The notes under the pieces: generated by a model
Told to the model about the DNA's origin: nothing
The model's database searches: none
The model's input: the letters and a program-made list of their open reading frames with translations, nothing else
Made by a program: the position numbers and the translations under genes
Assembly (NCBI GenBank): GCA_950097015.1
Contig: CATNEN010000001.1
Coordinates: forward strand, 25,172,001-25,236,000
Reading direction: 5' to 3'
Source of the DNA: Macrostomum hystrix
Lineage: Eukaryota > Animalia > Platyhelminthes
Length of the DNA: 64,000 bases
Part shown: positions 27,124-39,407 of the stretch, in pieces
Layout: each line of letters opens with the position of its first letter
Numbering within the stretch: position 1 is the stretch's first letter

Positions 27124-29332
27124 AGCGGTTGGACTGACCGACAGGCGCATCGGCCGCCTCAGCCGACTGTGCCGCAGACCCGGCCGAACACTCAGCCGCC
27201 GACAGGCCGACAAATTATTGACTTAACCGGCGGTCGGGCTGAGCAGCAAAAAGGTACTGAGGGATGGGAGACCACCTGAAGGTTCAGGTATCAGGGAGAA
27301 TGAGCACCTGAAGGTTTAGGGGATGGAGAAGAGTGACCACATGAAGGATCGGGGGTTGGGGAAGAGTGACTACCTAAAGGGGCGAGTGGGTCAGCGGCTA
27401 ACGTCGCTGCCTCGCACTCCAAAGGACGCTAGTTCGATTCACCCTGTAAGTCACGATTAATTTCGGGACTTGTTGGGGGGTTTGGTCAGTAGCGACCGGC
27501 GGAGGTGCACCATATTTCGTGCAATCAAAGCTTGAAATAATAGCTTCGCTCCTACCTTTCTGTGTGCCTGTTCTGCGTTGCGTGAGTTGTGTGCGTTGGC
27601 GCTGGGGCTTGAGACCTTGCGGGGGGGTGGCTGGAGGGCGGGTGTACACCGCCGCGCGCTTTCTGGACTTCCGTCAGCGCGATTGGATAAGTGTACACTC
27701 ATCACCCGGCCCCCCCCTGAGGACTGATTTCTTATCAGCCTTCCGCCCCGGCTTGGTCTGCTCTGTGCGTGTGGGGCTGGGGTGGGGGACACTGCTGCCT
27801 ATTCTGGGTCCCTCCTGCCCTCCCCGGCTGGTCTGTGCTGCTGTGTGTGGTGCCTGCTCAGGGGAGGCGGCGCGATGGGCGCAAAAGCGCCTAGTTCGCC
27901 GGTCTGGGGGCGTGACGCTCCGTCGCTTGTGCGACAAGTGCCCCGGGCCCCCCTGCAAGATAGATAGATAGACTACCTGAAGGTTCAGGGGATGGGGTTG
28001 AGTTATCACCTGAAGGTTCAGGGGTGGGGTTGAGTTACCACCTAAAAGTTTTGGGGATGGGGGAGAGTGACCACCTGAAGGTTCAGGGGATGGAGAAGAG
28101 TGACCACCTGAAGGATTCGAGATCGACGAGAGTGACAACCTGAAGGATCAGGGAATCGGGAGTAACCAAGGGAACAATTAGCAGATTGGAGAGGCACAAG
28201 CCTGAAGGATGGATGGGTTTAGTAGGGTGACCAGCTGAAGGATCATAGTGCTGAGGACCATTTGACTCCAACTTCAGTGGCAAGCCACGCGGCCGATGAC
28301 GAAGAATTCGACGACTTCCAGTCGGCGGCGCCCCAGCCCCAGCAGGCGCAGGCGGACCTGCTGTGGACTGACGCGGCTCCCGCTGCAGCCCCAGCCGACG
28401 ATCTGCTGTGCCTGCAGTCGGCTGCTGTTAGCGGGTGAGTTCCTGATGCCTCTAATACCAGCCTCCTAATCGAATTAGCGGACTCGATTATTAGCTCACT
28501 GATTAATCGATTGCTCCGCTTCAGTCACGGTCTCATCGACTCAAACCCGAGCAGCAGCAGCAGCACAGGCCTGGACCTGCTGGCCGACTTGGACTTTAGC
28601 GGCTCCGGCGGCGGCTTCGGCCGGCCTGCAGACCAGATGGCGCCGCTGCAGCCCACCGGTGAGCTGAGAACACTGCTCAATTATTCCTCTGCTTTCATTG
28701 CATGTTAATTATTCTACTGTGTGTAAGATTTATCTTGCTCAGGACTCACAAATCTCGAGTCACTATGAGCCTCACTCACAGCTTTTATCACTACTGACCC
28801 CACTGTTCCCAGCTAACTCTCGCTATTGCATTTCTCCTTCTATCTCTGTCTTCATCTCCCCCTTCCGCTGTCTCCCTCTCTCCGCCCTCCGCTGTCTCCC
28901 TCTCTCCCCCTTCCGCTGTCTCCCTCTCTCCCGCTTCCGCTGTCTCCCTCTCTCCCCCTTCCACTGTCTCCCTCTCTCTCCTTCCGCTGTCTCCCCCTCT
29001 CCCCCTCCCGCTGTCTCCCCCCCTCCCCCTTCCGCTACCTCCCTCTCTCACCCTCCGCTGTCTCCCTCCCCAGATGTTATTCATGTGACTAGAAGTCATA
29101 TGTTTCATTGTTCAAAGCAGGATTTCAACCACAGCAGCAGCAGCAGCAGCAGCAGCAGACTCAGCCCAGTTTCGCAGCGCCATCGTCCTACGCACCTGGC
29201 ATAGGATCCGTCGGTGCCAGCATAAGCGTCAACTGGGGCGGCAGCAGCAGCAGCAATAACCGCACAGCAGTTCCGGCAGCTCTGCAGACCAAAGCTGATC
29301 GAGCATTTGCTGATCTGGTCAAGCTGAAGTAG
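21905..29332 (+). CDS. CLINT1: Clathrin interactor 1 (epsinR/enthoprotin); exons 21905-21951, 24347-24548, 25072-25210, 25407-25764, 27018-27253, 28278-28434, 28525-28658, 29118/29121-29332
   Basis: ENTH domain TNVVMNYTDVEAKVREATNDDAWGP...KNWRRVYKSLLLL...GSERVV...DEGINVRQK; AP-1 ear-binding EFDDF; DLL clathrin-type motifs; C-terminal AFADL. Confidence 0.92.
24700..25010 (+). mobile_element. tRNA-derived SINE, family A (most complete copy), in CLINT1 intron 2
   Basis: A-box-like TGGCAGGCGG, B-box-like GCTCGATTCC, shared body, ATC/ATT tail. Confidence 0.72.
25918..26352. repeat. 31-bp minisatellite (TGTGAGGTTGGTGAATGATTGGTGTGTATTC)n
   Basis: Directly visible in CLINT1 intron 4. Confidence 0.93.
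27268..28240. repeat. Degenerate ~32-bp repeat (CCACCTGAAGGTTCAGGGGATGG...) in CLINT1 intron 5, split by a SINE-like insertion
   Basis: Units at 27270-27380 and 27971-28240. Confidence 0.75.
27379..27970 (+). mobile_element. ~590-bp tRNA-headed SINE-like element (family B) with (TAGA)n tail
   Basis: A-box-like TGGGTCAGCGG, B-box AGTTCGATTC, GC-rich body, TAGATAGATAGA tail; flanked by GACTACCT(A/G)AAGG (TSD or host repeat unit). Confidence 0.6.
28858..29072. repeat. Pyrimidine-rich 21-bp repeat (CCCCCTTCCGCTGTCTCCCTC-like)
   Basis: Directly visible. Confidence 0.85.
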
Positions 29333-29822
29333 TCAGCAATGAGCATCGGCCAAGTTAGCTTATGCAATTGGAAGCATCTAGTAGGAGATGTACGCAATTA
29401 CTGGGCAAATATGCGAATTAGCCTCTCTGCATTTGCCCAGTAGATCTAGTTTAGCTCAGTAACAGATTGCTTCAAATTAATTGCTCTGGTCACCTCTGAA
29501 ATCACGGTCTATTGTTAAATTGTCACAGGAAAATTTTACTCGTAAATGCATGTTCTCTTGAATTTTTTATTAACTTGCCTTAGTTAAGAAAAAACTGTCT
29601 GTAGTTATCTATTTTTGAATTATTATTTGATTTTTAGATTGTAATTGTCGATTTCGACTTTGATAATAATTTTAACAAAGCGGTTGTGGGTAAACTTTTT
29701 TTGTCTTCTGTCTTTTTGTTTTGCCTGTTGTGTTTGTTAGTGCTGCCACTGCTGTTCGGTTGGCTGTGTTTTGTCTATCTCTGTTTTTTGCACACAATGT
29801 CTGCGGTAATTGTGGTTTATTG

Positions 29823-30212
29823 CCATCAGACGCCTACTGTCGATCCATCAGACACCTACTGTCGATCCATCAGACACCTACTGTCGATCCATCAGACACC
29901 CTACTGTCAATCCATCAGACACCTACTGTCAATCCATCAGACACCCTACTGTCAATCCATCAGACACCTACTGTCAATCCATCAGACAGCCTACTGTCAA
30001 TCCACCAGACAGCCTACTGTCAATCCATCAGACAGCCTACTGTCAATCCATCAGACAGCCTACTGTCAATCCATCAGACAGCCTACTGTCAATCCATCAG
30101 ACAGCCTACTGTCAATCCATCAGACAGCCTACTGTCAATCCATCAGACAGCCTACTGTCAATCCATCAGACAGCCTACTGGCAATCCATCAGACAGCCTA
30201 CTGTCGATCCAT
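29823..30212. repeat. 22-23-bp minisatellite (CTACTGTCAATCCATCAGACAGC)n
   Basis: Directly visible. Confidence 0.93.
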
Positions 30213-30860
30213 CATTCGCCATTTTTGTGCTTTGAAGTTATTTGGTATTCTTTCAACTATGAACATCGGAAAAGTTGTTTTGAATTTAACACAAATTAAA
30301 AAAATCATATTCTGATTTTGCATGCCTTTTTGTTTCAATTTTTCGGACCATTTTATATAACAAATGTTTTAAAGTTGTTTAATTAGTGATTGAATATTAT
30401 AATATTAGATTTGATTGTTGTCTGCCTGCTTAGAAGCTATATAATCAAATTTCTAGTATTTCAGACGCATATTGAATTGCTATTTCCTACTTAAACTCAC
30501 TTGTTGCTGCTAAACGATTTCAGATTTTTGCTAATTCTGTCAAAACATTGTTACATATGTGTTGCTATGACAATCATAATATAGAATTGTGTATCTGTTA
30601 ACTTATACTGCTGTGTCATGCTGCACTTTAAGATAATATTTAGGTCAGTATAGGCACTTCCATCAAAATATTCGCATATCATTCACACATTTATCCTCTA
30701 CACAGGCGCCTAGCTGATTACTTTTTTCTGTATGAGTGTTCTAATAATTTAATATTATAATTATAACTAAATTAACGCGTTTTATTAAGGTTGTGAATTA
30801 TAATAAATAAAAAGCCTTCGATTTTTCATTCAATTATTTTTTTTGTTTTCAGACAGAAAT

Positions 30861-31415
30861 GTAGAATTCAGTCAGGTGTGTGGGGTGTCAGAACTGTAGA
30901 ATTCAGTCAGGTGTGTGGGGTGTCAGAACTGTAGAATTCAGTCAGGTGTGTGGGGTGTCAGAACTGTAGAATTCAGTCAGGTGTGTGGGGTGTCAGAACT
31001 GTAGAATTCAGTCAGGTGTGTGGGGTATCAGAACTGTAGAATTCAGTCAGGTGTGTGGGGTATCAGAACTGTAGAATTCAGTCAGGTGTGTGGGGTGTCA
31101 GAACTGTAGAATTCAGTCAGGTGTGTGGGGTGTCAGAACTGTAGAATTCAGTCAGGTGTGTGGGGTATCAGAACTGTAGAATTCAGTCAGGTGTGTGTGG
31201 TGTCAGAACTGTAGAATTCAGTCAGGTGTGTGGGGTGTCAGAACTGTAGAATTCAGTCAGGTGTGTGGGGTGTCAGAACTGTAGAATTCAGTCAGGTGTG
31301 CGGGGTGTCAGAACTGTAGAATTCAGTCAGGTGTGTGGGGTGTCAGAACTGTAGAACTCAGTCAGGTGTGTGGGGTGTCAGAACTGTAGAACTCAGTCAG
31401 GTGTGTGGGGTGTCA
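30861..31415. repeat. 35-bp minisatellite (GTAGAATTCAGTCAGGTGTGTGGGGTGTCAGAACT)n, ~16 units
   Basis: Directly visible. Confidence 0.95.
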
Positions 31416-31491
31416 ACTTAAGAACTCAATGGGTTAGGCTTCTTGGCTGTAAACGACTTGAGGATTCGAACCCCTGATCACCTGGCCGCAG

Positions 31492-32821
31492 GACGAGCCT
31501 GCCCAGTTCCGCGAGCTGCACCACTTCGGCTGCTACTACAGCCTGGAGGACATCCTGGCCACCGGCGAGCGGCTGAAGTGCGTCACCGGCGACGTGCTGC
31601 CGCGGCTGGCGGGGCTGGAGGTCGGCGGCGGCCACTCCGACGAGGACCTGCCGGCCGGAGTGAAAATCGAGCTGCCGCTGTTCATGGTGAGGCCGAGTGT
31701 ACCATTGCTTAATGACTCACTTGCTAGAGACATTACAACAGCTGTACTAGATTTTCACAGCTGTTCCAGACTCACACAGCTGTACCAGACTCACACAGCT
31801 GTACCAGACTAACACAACTGTTCCAGACTCACACAGCTGTACCAGACTCACACAGCTGTACAATCCTCACACAGCTGTACCAGACTCACACAGCTGTACC
31901 AGACTCACACAGCTGTACCAGACTCACACAGCTGTACCAGACTCACACAGCTGTACCAGACTGACACAGCTGTACCAGACTCACACAGCTGTACCAGACT
32001 CACACAGCTGTACCAGACTCACACAGCTGTACCAGACTCACACAGCTGTTCCAGACTCACAGAGCTGTACAATACTCACAGCTGTACAATACTCACAGCT
32101 GTACAATCCTCACACAGCTGTACCAGACTCACACAGCTGTACCAGACTCACACAGCTGTTCCAGACTCACACAGCTGTACCAGAATCACACAGCTGTACC
32201 AGACTCACACAGTTGTACCAGACTCACACAGCTCACAGACTCACACAGCTGTACCAGACTCACACAGCTGTACCAGACTCACACAGCTCACAGACTCACA
32301 CAGCTGTACCAGACTCACACAGCTTTAACAGATGCATACTAGCTGTACCATTCTACAATACTTGTACAGCAGTCAGCGCACTGACCTCCCAGGTGACTCA
32401 CGTATACATTCGGCTGCGTCAGGCCTGCTCCCTCCGCGTTGAACCGCCCCGCTGCCTGACGGAGGCCCAGAAGAACATCTTCAACGCGGACCCCACCGTG
32501 GTCAATCTGCGCCAGCTGTCACCTCAGCTCTACCTGCTGGGCATGCACCTGCTGCTGGTGCCCGGAGCTTCCGCGCCTGAGATTGCTCACACCCTGTGCA
32601 AACTGCTCCGCGGGCGCGTTTGCGAAATTATGGACCGAGCCCTGCACTGGCCTCTGAATGAGCACTGTCCCATTGTATGCATGCTAGATGACACCGAACT
32701 ACTGCTGTTCAACATTGGCCGCGACACTGCCAAGCGGCTGCAGAGCTGGGACTCCGGGGCCCTGCGATCCGTCACCGTCTCAGAGGCTGTGCTCAGGCAC
32801 CGCAAGAGGACCGAGCGGTGA
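31492..32821 (+). CDS. GINS3: GINS complex subunit 3 (Psf3); exons 31492-31686 and 32393-32821; start exon unresolved (possible 23-nt exon 30853-30875)
   Basis: YYSLEDILATGERL...LPRL...GVKIELPLFM and IFNADPTVVNLRQLSPQLYLLG...LDDTELLLFNIGR match Psf3 hallmarks. Confidence 0.87.
31755..32325. repeat. 19-bp minisatellite (CAGACTCACACAGCTGTAC)n in the GINS3 intron
   Basis: Directly visible. Confidence 0.93.
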
Positions 32822-32837
32822 CCGGAGAGCTACACCG

Positions 32838-33372
32838 ACTCCCCTTCCTCTCCTCTCCTTGTCCTTCTCCACCCTGCCCCCCTTCTCCCCTTCATCTCCC
32901 CTTTCTCTTCTTCTCCTCTTGCTTTTCTTCTCCCCTTCCTCTTCTCGACTTCCTCTTCTCCTCTTCCTCTTCCCCCTTCCTCTTCCCCCTTCCTCTTCCC
33001 CCTTCCTCTTCCCCCTTCCTCTTCCCCCTTCCTCTTCCCCCTTCCTCTTCCCCCTTCCTCTTCTTCTCCCCTTCGTCTTCTTCTCCCCTTCCTCTTCTCC
33101 TCCCCTTCCTCTTCTCCTCCCCTTCCTCTTCTCCTCCCCTTCCTCTTCTCCCCTTCCTTTTCTTCTCCCCTTCCTCTTCTTCTCCTCTTCCTCTTCTTCT
33201 CCCCTTCCTCTTCTTCTCCCCTTCCTCTTCTTCTCCCCTTCGTCTTCTCCCCTTCGTCTTCTTCTCCCCTTCGTCTTCTCCCCTTCCTCTTCTCCTCCCC
33301 TTCGTCTTCTCCCCTTCGTCTTCTTCTCCCCTTCGTCTTCTTCCCTTCCTCTTCTTCTCTCTTTCCTCTGCT
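32838..33372. repeat. Polypyrimidine low-complexity tract right after the GINS3 stop
   Basis: Almost exclusively C/T for ~530 bp. Confidence 0.9.
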
Positions 33373-33884
33373 TCTCCGCTCCACTATCCGTCTACCTGAC
33401 TGAGCACAGCATGAATGTGAGTGATGTTATCCGAGCAATATTCCAAATCTATGAAGTCACATTTCTTGTAAAAAGCGAAATTGTTCTGCGCAGTTCAAAC
33501 CGCCAGACCCCGGCTCCGTCTCTCAGTGAGTAGTGAAATATGTTGGCTGCGTTCATTTGCATTCATTTTGCTTATTCCGCTGTGCTATGTTAAATTATAC
33601 TATAATAGTTTATATTATTAGCATTTTTATCGTATCCCAACCGTGCATTGCTGTTCAACAAGATCATTTATTGCACGCCTTTTCTACTCCTTGTGTTTAC
33701 ATTTTGAGGCGAGTCCGTTGTTTATGTTCGCTGTGCTGAGCCCGTTTTCTCAAATAAATTTACAATGCTAGCTGGCGTGCTTGAACTTGTTAATTACATC
33801 GACTGTTGTCTAACTTTTTAAATTGCTTGATATGGCTGAGTTTTTCCCCTATTTCTCCTTTTATGTGAAGCTGTAGGCATCCAA

Positions 33885-34128
33885 CAGTGTGTCACAACTA
33901 GTGCAGTGTGTCACAACTACTGCAGTGTGTCACAGCTACTGCAGTGTGTCACAGCTACTGCAGTGTGTCACAGCTACTGCAGTGTGCCACAGCTACTGCA
34001 GTGTGTCACAGCTACTGCAGTGTGTCACAGCTACTGCAGTGTGTCACAGCTACTGCAGTGTGTCACAGCTACTGCAGTGTGTCACAGCTAGTGCAGTGTG
34101 TCACAGCTACTACAGTGTGTCACAGCAG
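33885..34128. repeat. 19-bp minisatellite (CAGTGTGTCACAGCTACTG)n
   Basis: Directly visible. Confidence 0.93.
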
Positions 34129-34596
34129 TATAACAGTGACTCAGCTACTAAGCTATCACGCAGAATTTCTGTGAAAAGTCAATAGTTAGATTAAGGTATT
34201 TTTCTTGATAATAGAAAAGAAAATAAAAATAATTTGATAGAAATATCCTATTTATTCTACTTCCTGGCAGTAGGCAGTAGTAATTAGCAGAAAGTGCTGG
34301 GGACACTATTACGCTTGTTTCCTTGGAAACCATATCAGACAAGAAAAGCAGTCCCCGAGTTGCAGCGCACCAGGGTTGGAATCAAAGTGTGCTCACTAAA
34401 GCACACTCAAACATCTGAATCAAAAAGGTTCATCGCTGCTGGAGGTCAATAGACTTGCAGGCAAATCTAATCAAAGATTTATAAGCCAGGAGAAACAGGA
34501 AGGCCTTACTTCTGGATCTAGATAAATACCAACTGTATACAAATAGTCACGCACACGGATATGCACTCATGCAAGCGGACACTTCCTTCAAAATTC

Positions 34597-36103
34597 TCAG
34601 GTCAGCATGAGCATCTCCAGCTGCTTGAAGCTGTAGCGCCATCCGTCCGTGATGTTGTGCGGTGCGTTGCTCGCCCAGATAATGCCCTTGGCCCTGTCAG
34701 CTGTAGTCAGGTTCAGAGCAGTCGGATAGTTAATATACCTGCCGAACGGGCCGGCATTGTGGCAGCACAGGTGCCAGTGGGGCAGGAAAGCTGTCGCGCA
34801 GTTGGTGGGGCAGTTGCTCGATCCTCGATCTTGAGTCATGAATTGCAAGTTCAGGCCGGAAAATAGACAGTCCGTGAGACCACCCGCTGGTTGATAAGTG
34901 GAAGCTGCAATCTTGTAGTTGGTGCTCTCATCCAGAATGAGCACGTTCAGGTAGTAGGCGTAGATGTAGGTCTCATCCCAGTACAGCAGGTCCACTCGGA
35001 GCCTGTTGTTGCTGGGCTGTGCGCTGGTCCGGCTGTGCAGCCACTCCAGACCTGCAGTTTGTGCGTGATATTCAAGTCAGTGTCTGCGGAACCTACTTTC
35101 GGAAGACTTTGCAGTATATCCGAGACTGCGGGGCTATGAAGGGGCAACTGCCTCTGGTTCCAACCCGCACTAAAAAGCAGTTTGAAATGGCCTCACCCAC
35201 AAAGTAGTTGCCGTGGTAGGTGCCGAAGCCAGACCTGTAGTCGGCCCACAATCGGTCGAAGTTCTCAGCGTCGGACACTCGCAAAGTCACCGTTTCGAAG
35301 CACCGTTGACTCATTGCGTAAAAAACCTTCAGTACGGAGCAACATGTCAAATCTCAGTAGCTTCAGAAAGTGACCAGGACATTTTCAGAGCTAAAAGCTA
35401 TTTACAGACTGGTTCTGATGTTTCCTATGCATGACTCACGTGAACAGCCACCTGAGAGGCATTCGGAGGCTGCTGGAACCAGCGGCACAGCGGGTGGTCG
35501 GTGAACAGGGAGCAGTTGCTGGAGTTGTGCAGAACCCCTCGACAGGCCGCCACTCCAGCGCATTTGGCAACGCAGCCAATGAGCGACGCCACCTCTGGCT
35601 GCGGCTGCGCCCAGGCAGCGAGGATCTTCGCCGAGTTGTAGGGAATGTAGAGCTGCTTCCGGGTCACGTTTCGAGTGGCCAGGTATTCTGTTGATCGAGC
35701 ACGTAAGACTTTGAGATTGCTGCCCGAATTGACACAGCTAGAGCAAACACTCACCGGTTTCAAAGGCCGTCAGTCTCTCGCTGGAGGCCATGGCGATGGC
35801 GGATGGTCCGGTAGCGGTGGCGCAGGAGGCATTCCAGGCCAGCAGGACAGTCTCCGCATTGAACAGGCGGCAGGTGCCCGAGCCGCCGCTGTCAGGTGAG
35901 GTGAGGGCCGCGCACCAGGGCTGCCTGGCGCACAGCATTGCGCACTGCTGCCTGCTGAGCTGCTCAACCGACTGCTGCGCTGGGAGACCTTTTGACGGGC
36001 AATCCTCGATTTTCGACAGTCGCATGGTTGGGCTAATCCCACAGCCTGTGACAATGTACCATGTCGCATACGTGATGCCGACTACCGATTGAATAAGCAG
36101 CAT
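34597..36103 (-). CDS. Probably secreted protein with two PAN/apple-like domains and a C-terminal fibrinogen-related domain; exons 36103-35755, 35687-35440, 35326-35197, 35051-34597
   Basis: CAMLCARQPWCAA...CRLF and CVAKCAGVAACRG...CSLF are PAN-like; FDRLWADYRSGFG...NYFVGLEWLH...LRVDL...AYY...NYKI...FMTQDR...NCA...GIIW...YSFK..EM fits a FReD. Splices join in frame. Confidence 0.82.
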
Positions 36104-36614
36104 TTTCCCAAAATCTCTGTTGTCAATTTACTCCCCAGCCTAGATCAACGGACTCGTTTTTACTCCTGTGGAGCTGAACACTTTATGTTTTTCATTGACG
36201 CGCTGCCATTGGCGTGGATAGAAATGGAAATTCTATCAAAGCTGGGATCATTTACCTGGGTTTTTTATTGTTGCTGGAAGCTTACTCGCGATAAAATAAA
36301 GGTTTTGTTTGTTCAGTATTAACTGCTTGACACCCGCGAGCTGTCACTAATTGCATGGGTGTCCGCTAAACTCACAAACCTGCGAGCCTGCGAGCGATCT
36401 GGAGAAATAAAGATAACTATTTCATCTGCCCAGTCAACAGAAAAAACGTTGGTTTTGATACTTGACCTTGCATATAGCAATAAGTGTAGCATTAGTGACG
36501 CTCTAAAAATATAATAATATGAACTAAAGAATCGAAAAAACACTACAAGCGTAATTATAACATGAACATTATAAATATTCAGAATCTTTGGCAAAGCACA
36601 GATGAGCGCGGCGC

Positions 36615-36825
36615 ACGAAGGCTGCGTACTGCTGTTCAGTCCATGGACTGGGGGTGCACCACACTGCACCACAATTACTCCAGCTAATGCTGGTACCCAT
36701 TTAAAAGCTGGGTGAACTGAAGCAACGCGAAGTTAAGTGTCTGTATTGGCATATTTTTTTCCAAAGGAATCGAACCCACGACTTTCAAGTCGCGAGTCTG
36801 TTGCTCTAAACCACTAGGCTAAAAA
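36615..36825 (-). mobile_element. tRNA-derived CORE-like SINE
   Basis: Minus strand: A box TAGCCTAGTGG, B box GGTTCGATTCC, then AGACACTTAACTTCGCGTTGCTTCAGTTCACCCAGCTTTTAAATGGGTACC resembling the CORE domain. Confidence 0.65.
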
Positions 36826-37524
36826 CTCCTCATTCTACGGCTTTATAGTTTTGATTCGCAGAATTTCACTGAGTGCAGGAACGGATAATGGAGTTTTGGA
36901 AATGGTTTTAACATCCAGCTGTTAGCAAATTCCGCAACAAATATGCATTTAACTGCTTTCCACCCGATCGATTGAGCTCAGTCACACTTCCGTCAGAGCA
37001 GTAAAACAGTTGCTCTGGAATTTAAAACACCAATGGTTATCTGCAATTATCTAGTTTCTAGAATGATCCATTGTTTGGCAATGGTTGTCCAGCTATACAA
37101 ACTGACTACATTGTGATTGGACTTCTCGCAGTAAGCTTGGTAGAATGCCTCAAGCTTCATCTTTAGGATGATAGGATTGGAGAACAAAAGAAGAAAAAGG
37201 TCACAAATGAGGGGCAATGCACAAGTTGATGATACTCATTCGTATTTTGAGCCAAATTGTGCTCAATTGTGCTGGTACTCAATTTACAGCTAAACGAATT
37301 AAAGCACTGGGGAATTAAGTGGCCTACGAAAGAACAGAAATAGTCTTTCTGGGGCTGAGATTGGAACTCCGGACCTCTGAGTGGAATAAGTGGTGACCAC
37401 TAAGTGGAATCGATCCCGAAAGAGTTGGGAAGGACAGGTAGACGCAGACAAAGCGGTCAGGCCAATGGCTTAAAGGTCTGAGTTCTGCAGATTTTAAGTA
37501 GAGTGACAGTTTGTCCACGACCGC

Positions 37525-37835
37525 GCCTCAATGGGTCAGTGGGCTGGTGCAGCATAGCCATGGCAAGGGTTGCGAGGGTTTGCGCTGACGGAGAATCACG
37601 CTGACCGGCAGAGCGTCCGTCCGTCTCGCCAGGTCACGGTTGGAGATGGTCTCTGGATAGCGGACGCCGATAGCATAGCGAAGAAAGGCTCTGTGTGAGG
37701 CGTCAGTACTTCTTTCCCTCAATTGAGTCACGGGGACCGCCTCCAGGCCGTTGAGCAGGATGGTTTCGATGGCAGCATGAAAGATCTTCATCGTTAATTT
37801 GTCGGGGGCAGCAGAGGAGAAAGTTGGGCGCAGCT
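37525..37835 (-). mobile_element. Non-LTR retrotransposon (RTE-like) fragment, post-RT region
   Basis: KIFHAAIETILLNGLEA...FLRYAIGVRYPETISNRDL...VSVILRQR resembles LINE ORF2 C-terminal sequence. Confidence 0.6.
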
Positions 37836-38389
37836 TGCGTCCTTCGATCGGCGATGATGGTCTCAGGCGTCATGACGAGGGAACCGAGGTAGCGAAAGTC
37901 GTTGCTTTGCTCATGGCTGATTTGCTCACCACTCGGGCGAGTCAGCGATGGACGGGCGGCTTCTTCGCAAAGAATAAATAGCTAATTTACATAGGTGTAG
38001 AACATGTCAGGGTAGCATGCATAATGCACCTAAACTAAGGATTCTGGAAACTCTATGACAGCTTCCTGCTTTTAAAATTTGTCCTTTTATGACGAACAAT
38101 GTTGCAGATTCATTTCGAGACTATTTACAAAAAATGTGTGCATTAGCTTTCTTTCATCCTCAATTATACAGCCGCCTGTGATGCGTTTTGGCATGGTGGA
38201 AGCCAGAAAGCATTCCCTCCATCAAACCCTGCAGAGTGCAGCCTCCTAACCAAGTCTTTATAGTCGCTATCAATCCTGACTTTCGCAGATTTTGAATCGC
38301 CCTAAGTTATAAGAAATTACTGGATTTCTTAGAAATCTCTAAAGCCGCTCCAATGTCGAAAGCTCGAAATTCGACAAAGGCATCAATTG

Positions 38390-38727
38390 TACTTCTGCTG
38401 GCGTGGATCAGTGTAGCGAGCAGTTCCGTGTCCCCGTATCCTCTAACTCTCCAGCTAAAGTACGCCGGCTGCTACTTCTGCTGGCGTGGATCAGTGTAGC
38501 GAGCAGTTCCGTGTCCCCGTATCCTCTAACTCTCCAGCTAAAGTACGCCGGCTGCTACTTCTGCTGGCGTGGATCAGTGTAGCGAGCAGTTCCGTGTCCC
38601 CGTATCCTCTAACTCTCCAGCTAAAGTACGCCGGCTGCTACTTCTGCTGGCGTGGATCAGTGTAGCGAGCAGTTCCGTGTCCCCGTATCCTCTAACTCTC
38701 CAGCTAAAGTACGCCGGCTGCTACTTC
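38390..38727. repeat. Four identical 83-bp tandem units bounded by TACTTC microhomology
   Basis: Units start at 38390, 38473, 38556 and 38639; TACTTC recurs at 38722. Confidence 0.95.
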
Positions 38728-39228
38728 GATGGCGTCGATGCCAAACGCGACCTTTTAGGCCTTCGTGGAGTTAAGTCCCTCGGGGCCATTTTCACAGACG
38801 TCAATTTTCCAGAATTTGTGTTTAGCAGTGAGATGACACTAGAAAAGTGCAGCCAGATCTGCGCAATTGGCCGGTTCCGCTACTTCGGTACTCAGTACAG
38901 GTCCTTCTGCTGCTGCGGCTCGGAGTTCGGCGCATTCGGAATCGCCCCTGAGGCTCAATGCAATGCAAAGTGCGCAGGGTCACAAATATGCGGCGGTGGA
39001 TACGCGAATTCAGTCTACGAGATTTCCTATCACCAAAGTGAGCCATGATCGCTTAACAGTAGAAAGACCACGTAATAGTAACAGTAACAGTAAATTTTGT
39101 GGTTTTTGCCGCCACGCACCCCAATGAGAATCGTTGAATATCTCGACGATGCCGATGTTTTGTGATTCTCGAAGTTATCTCATCAGATTGAGCGGAAAGC
39201 CTTAGCCTCTGTTTTGGATTTTCATGGC

Positions 39229-39407
39229 GATTGGTTGAATCGGTTGATTGGTTGAATCGGTTGATTGGTTGAATAGGTTGATTGGTTGAATCGGTTGATT
39301 GGTTGAATCGGTTGATTGGTTGAATCGGTTGATTGGTTGAATCGGTTGGTTGGTTGAATCGGTTGGTTGGTTGAATCGGTTGATTGGTTGAATCGGTTGA
39401 TTGGTTG
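39229..39407. repeat. 17-bp repeat (GATTGGTTGAATCGGTT)n
   Basis: Directly visible. Confidence 0.92.

Noticed and set aside
29686-30315. Overlapping ORFs in three frames; likewise 25899-26405, 32688-33533 and 33889-34185
   Set aside because: They derive from minisatellites or polypyrimidine tracts and have no domain signal.
36765-36825. tRNA gene on the minus strand
   Set aside because: A and B boxes are present but there is no convincing acceptor stem, and it runs into a CORE-like body; interpreted as a SINE head.
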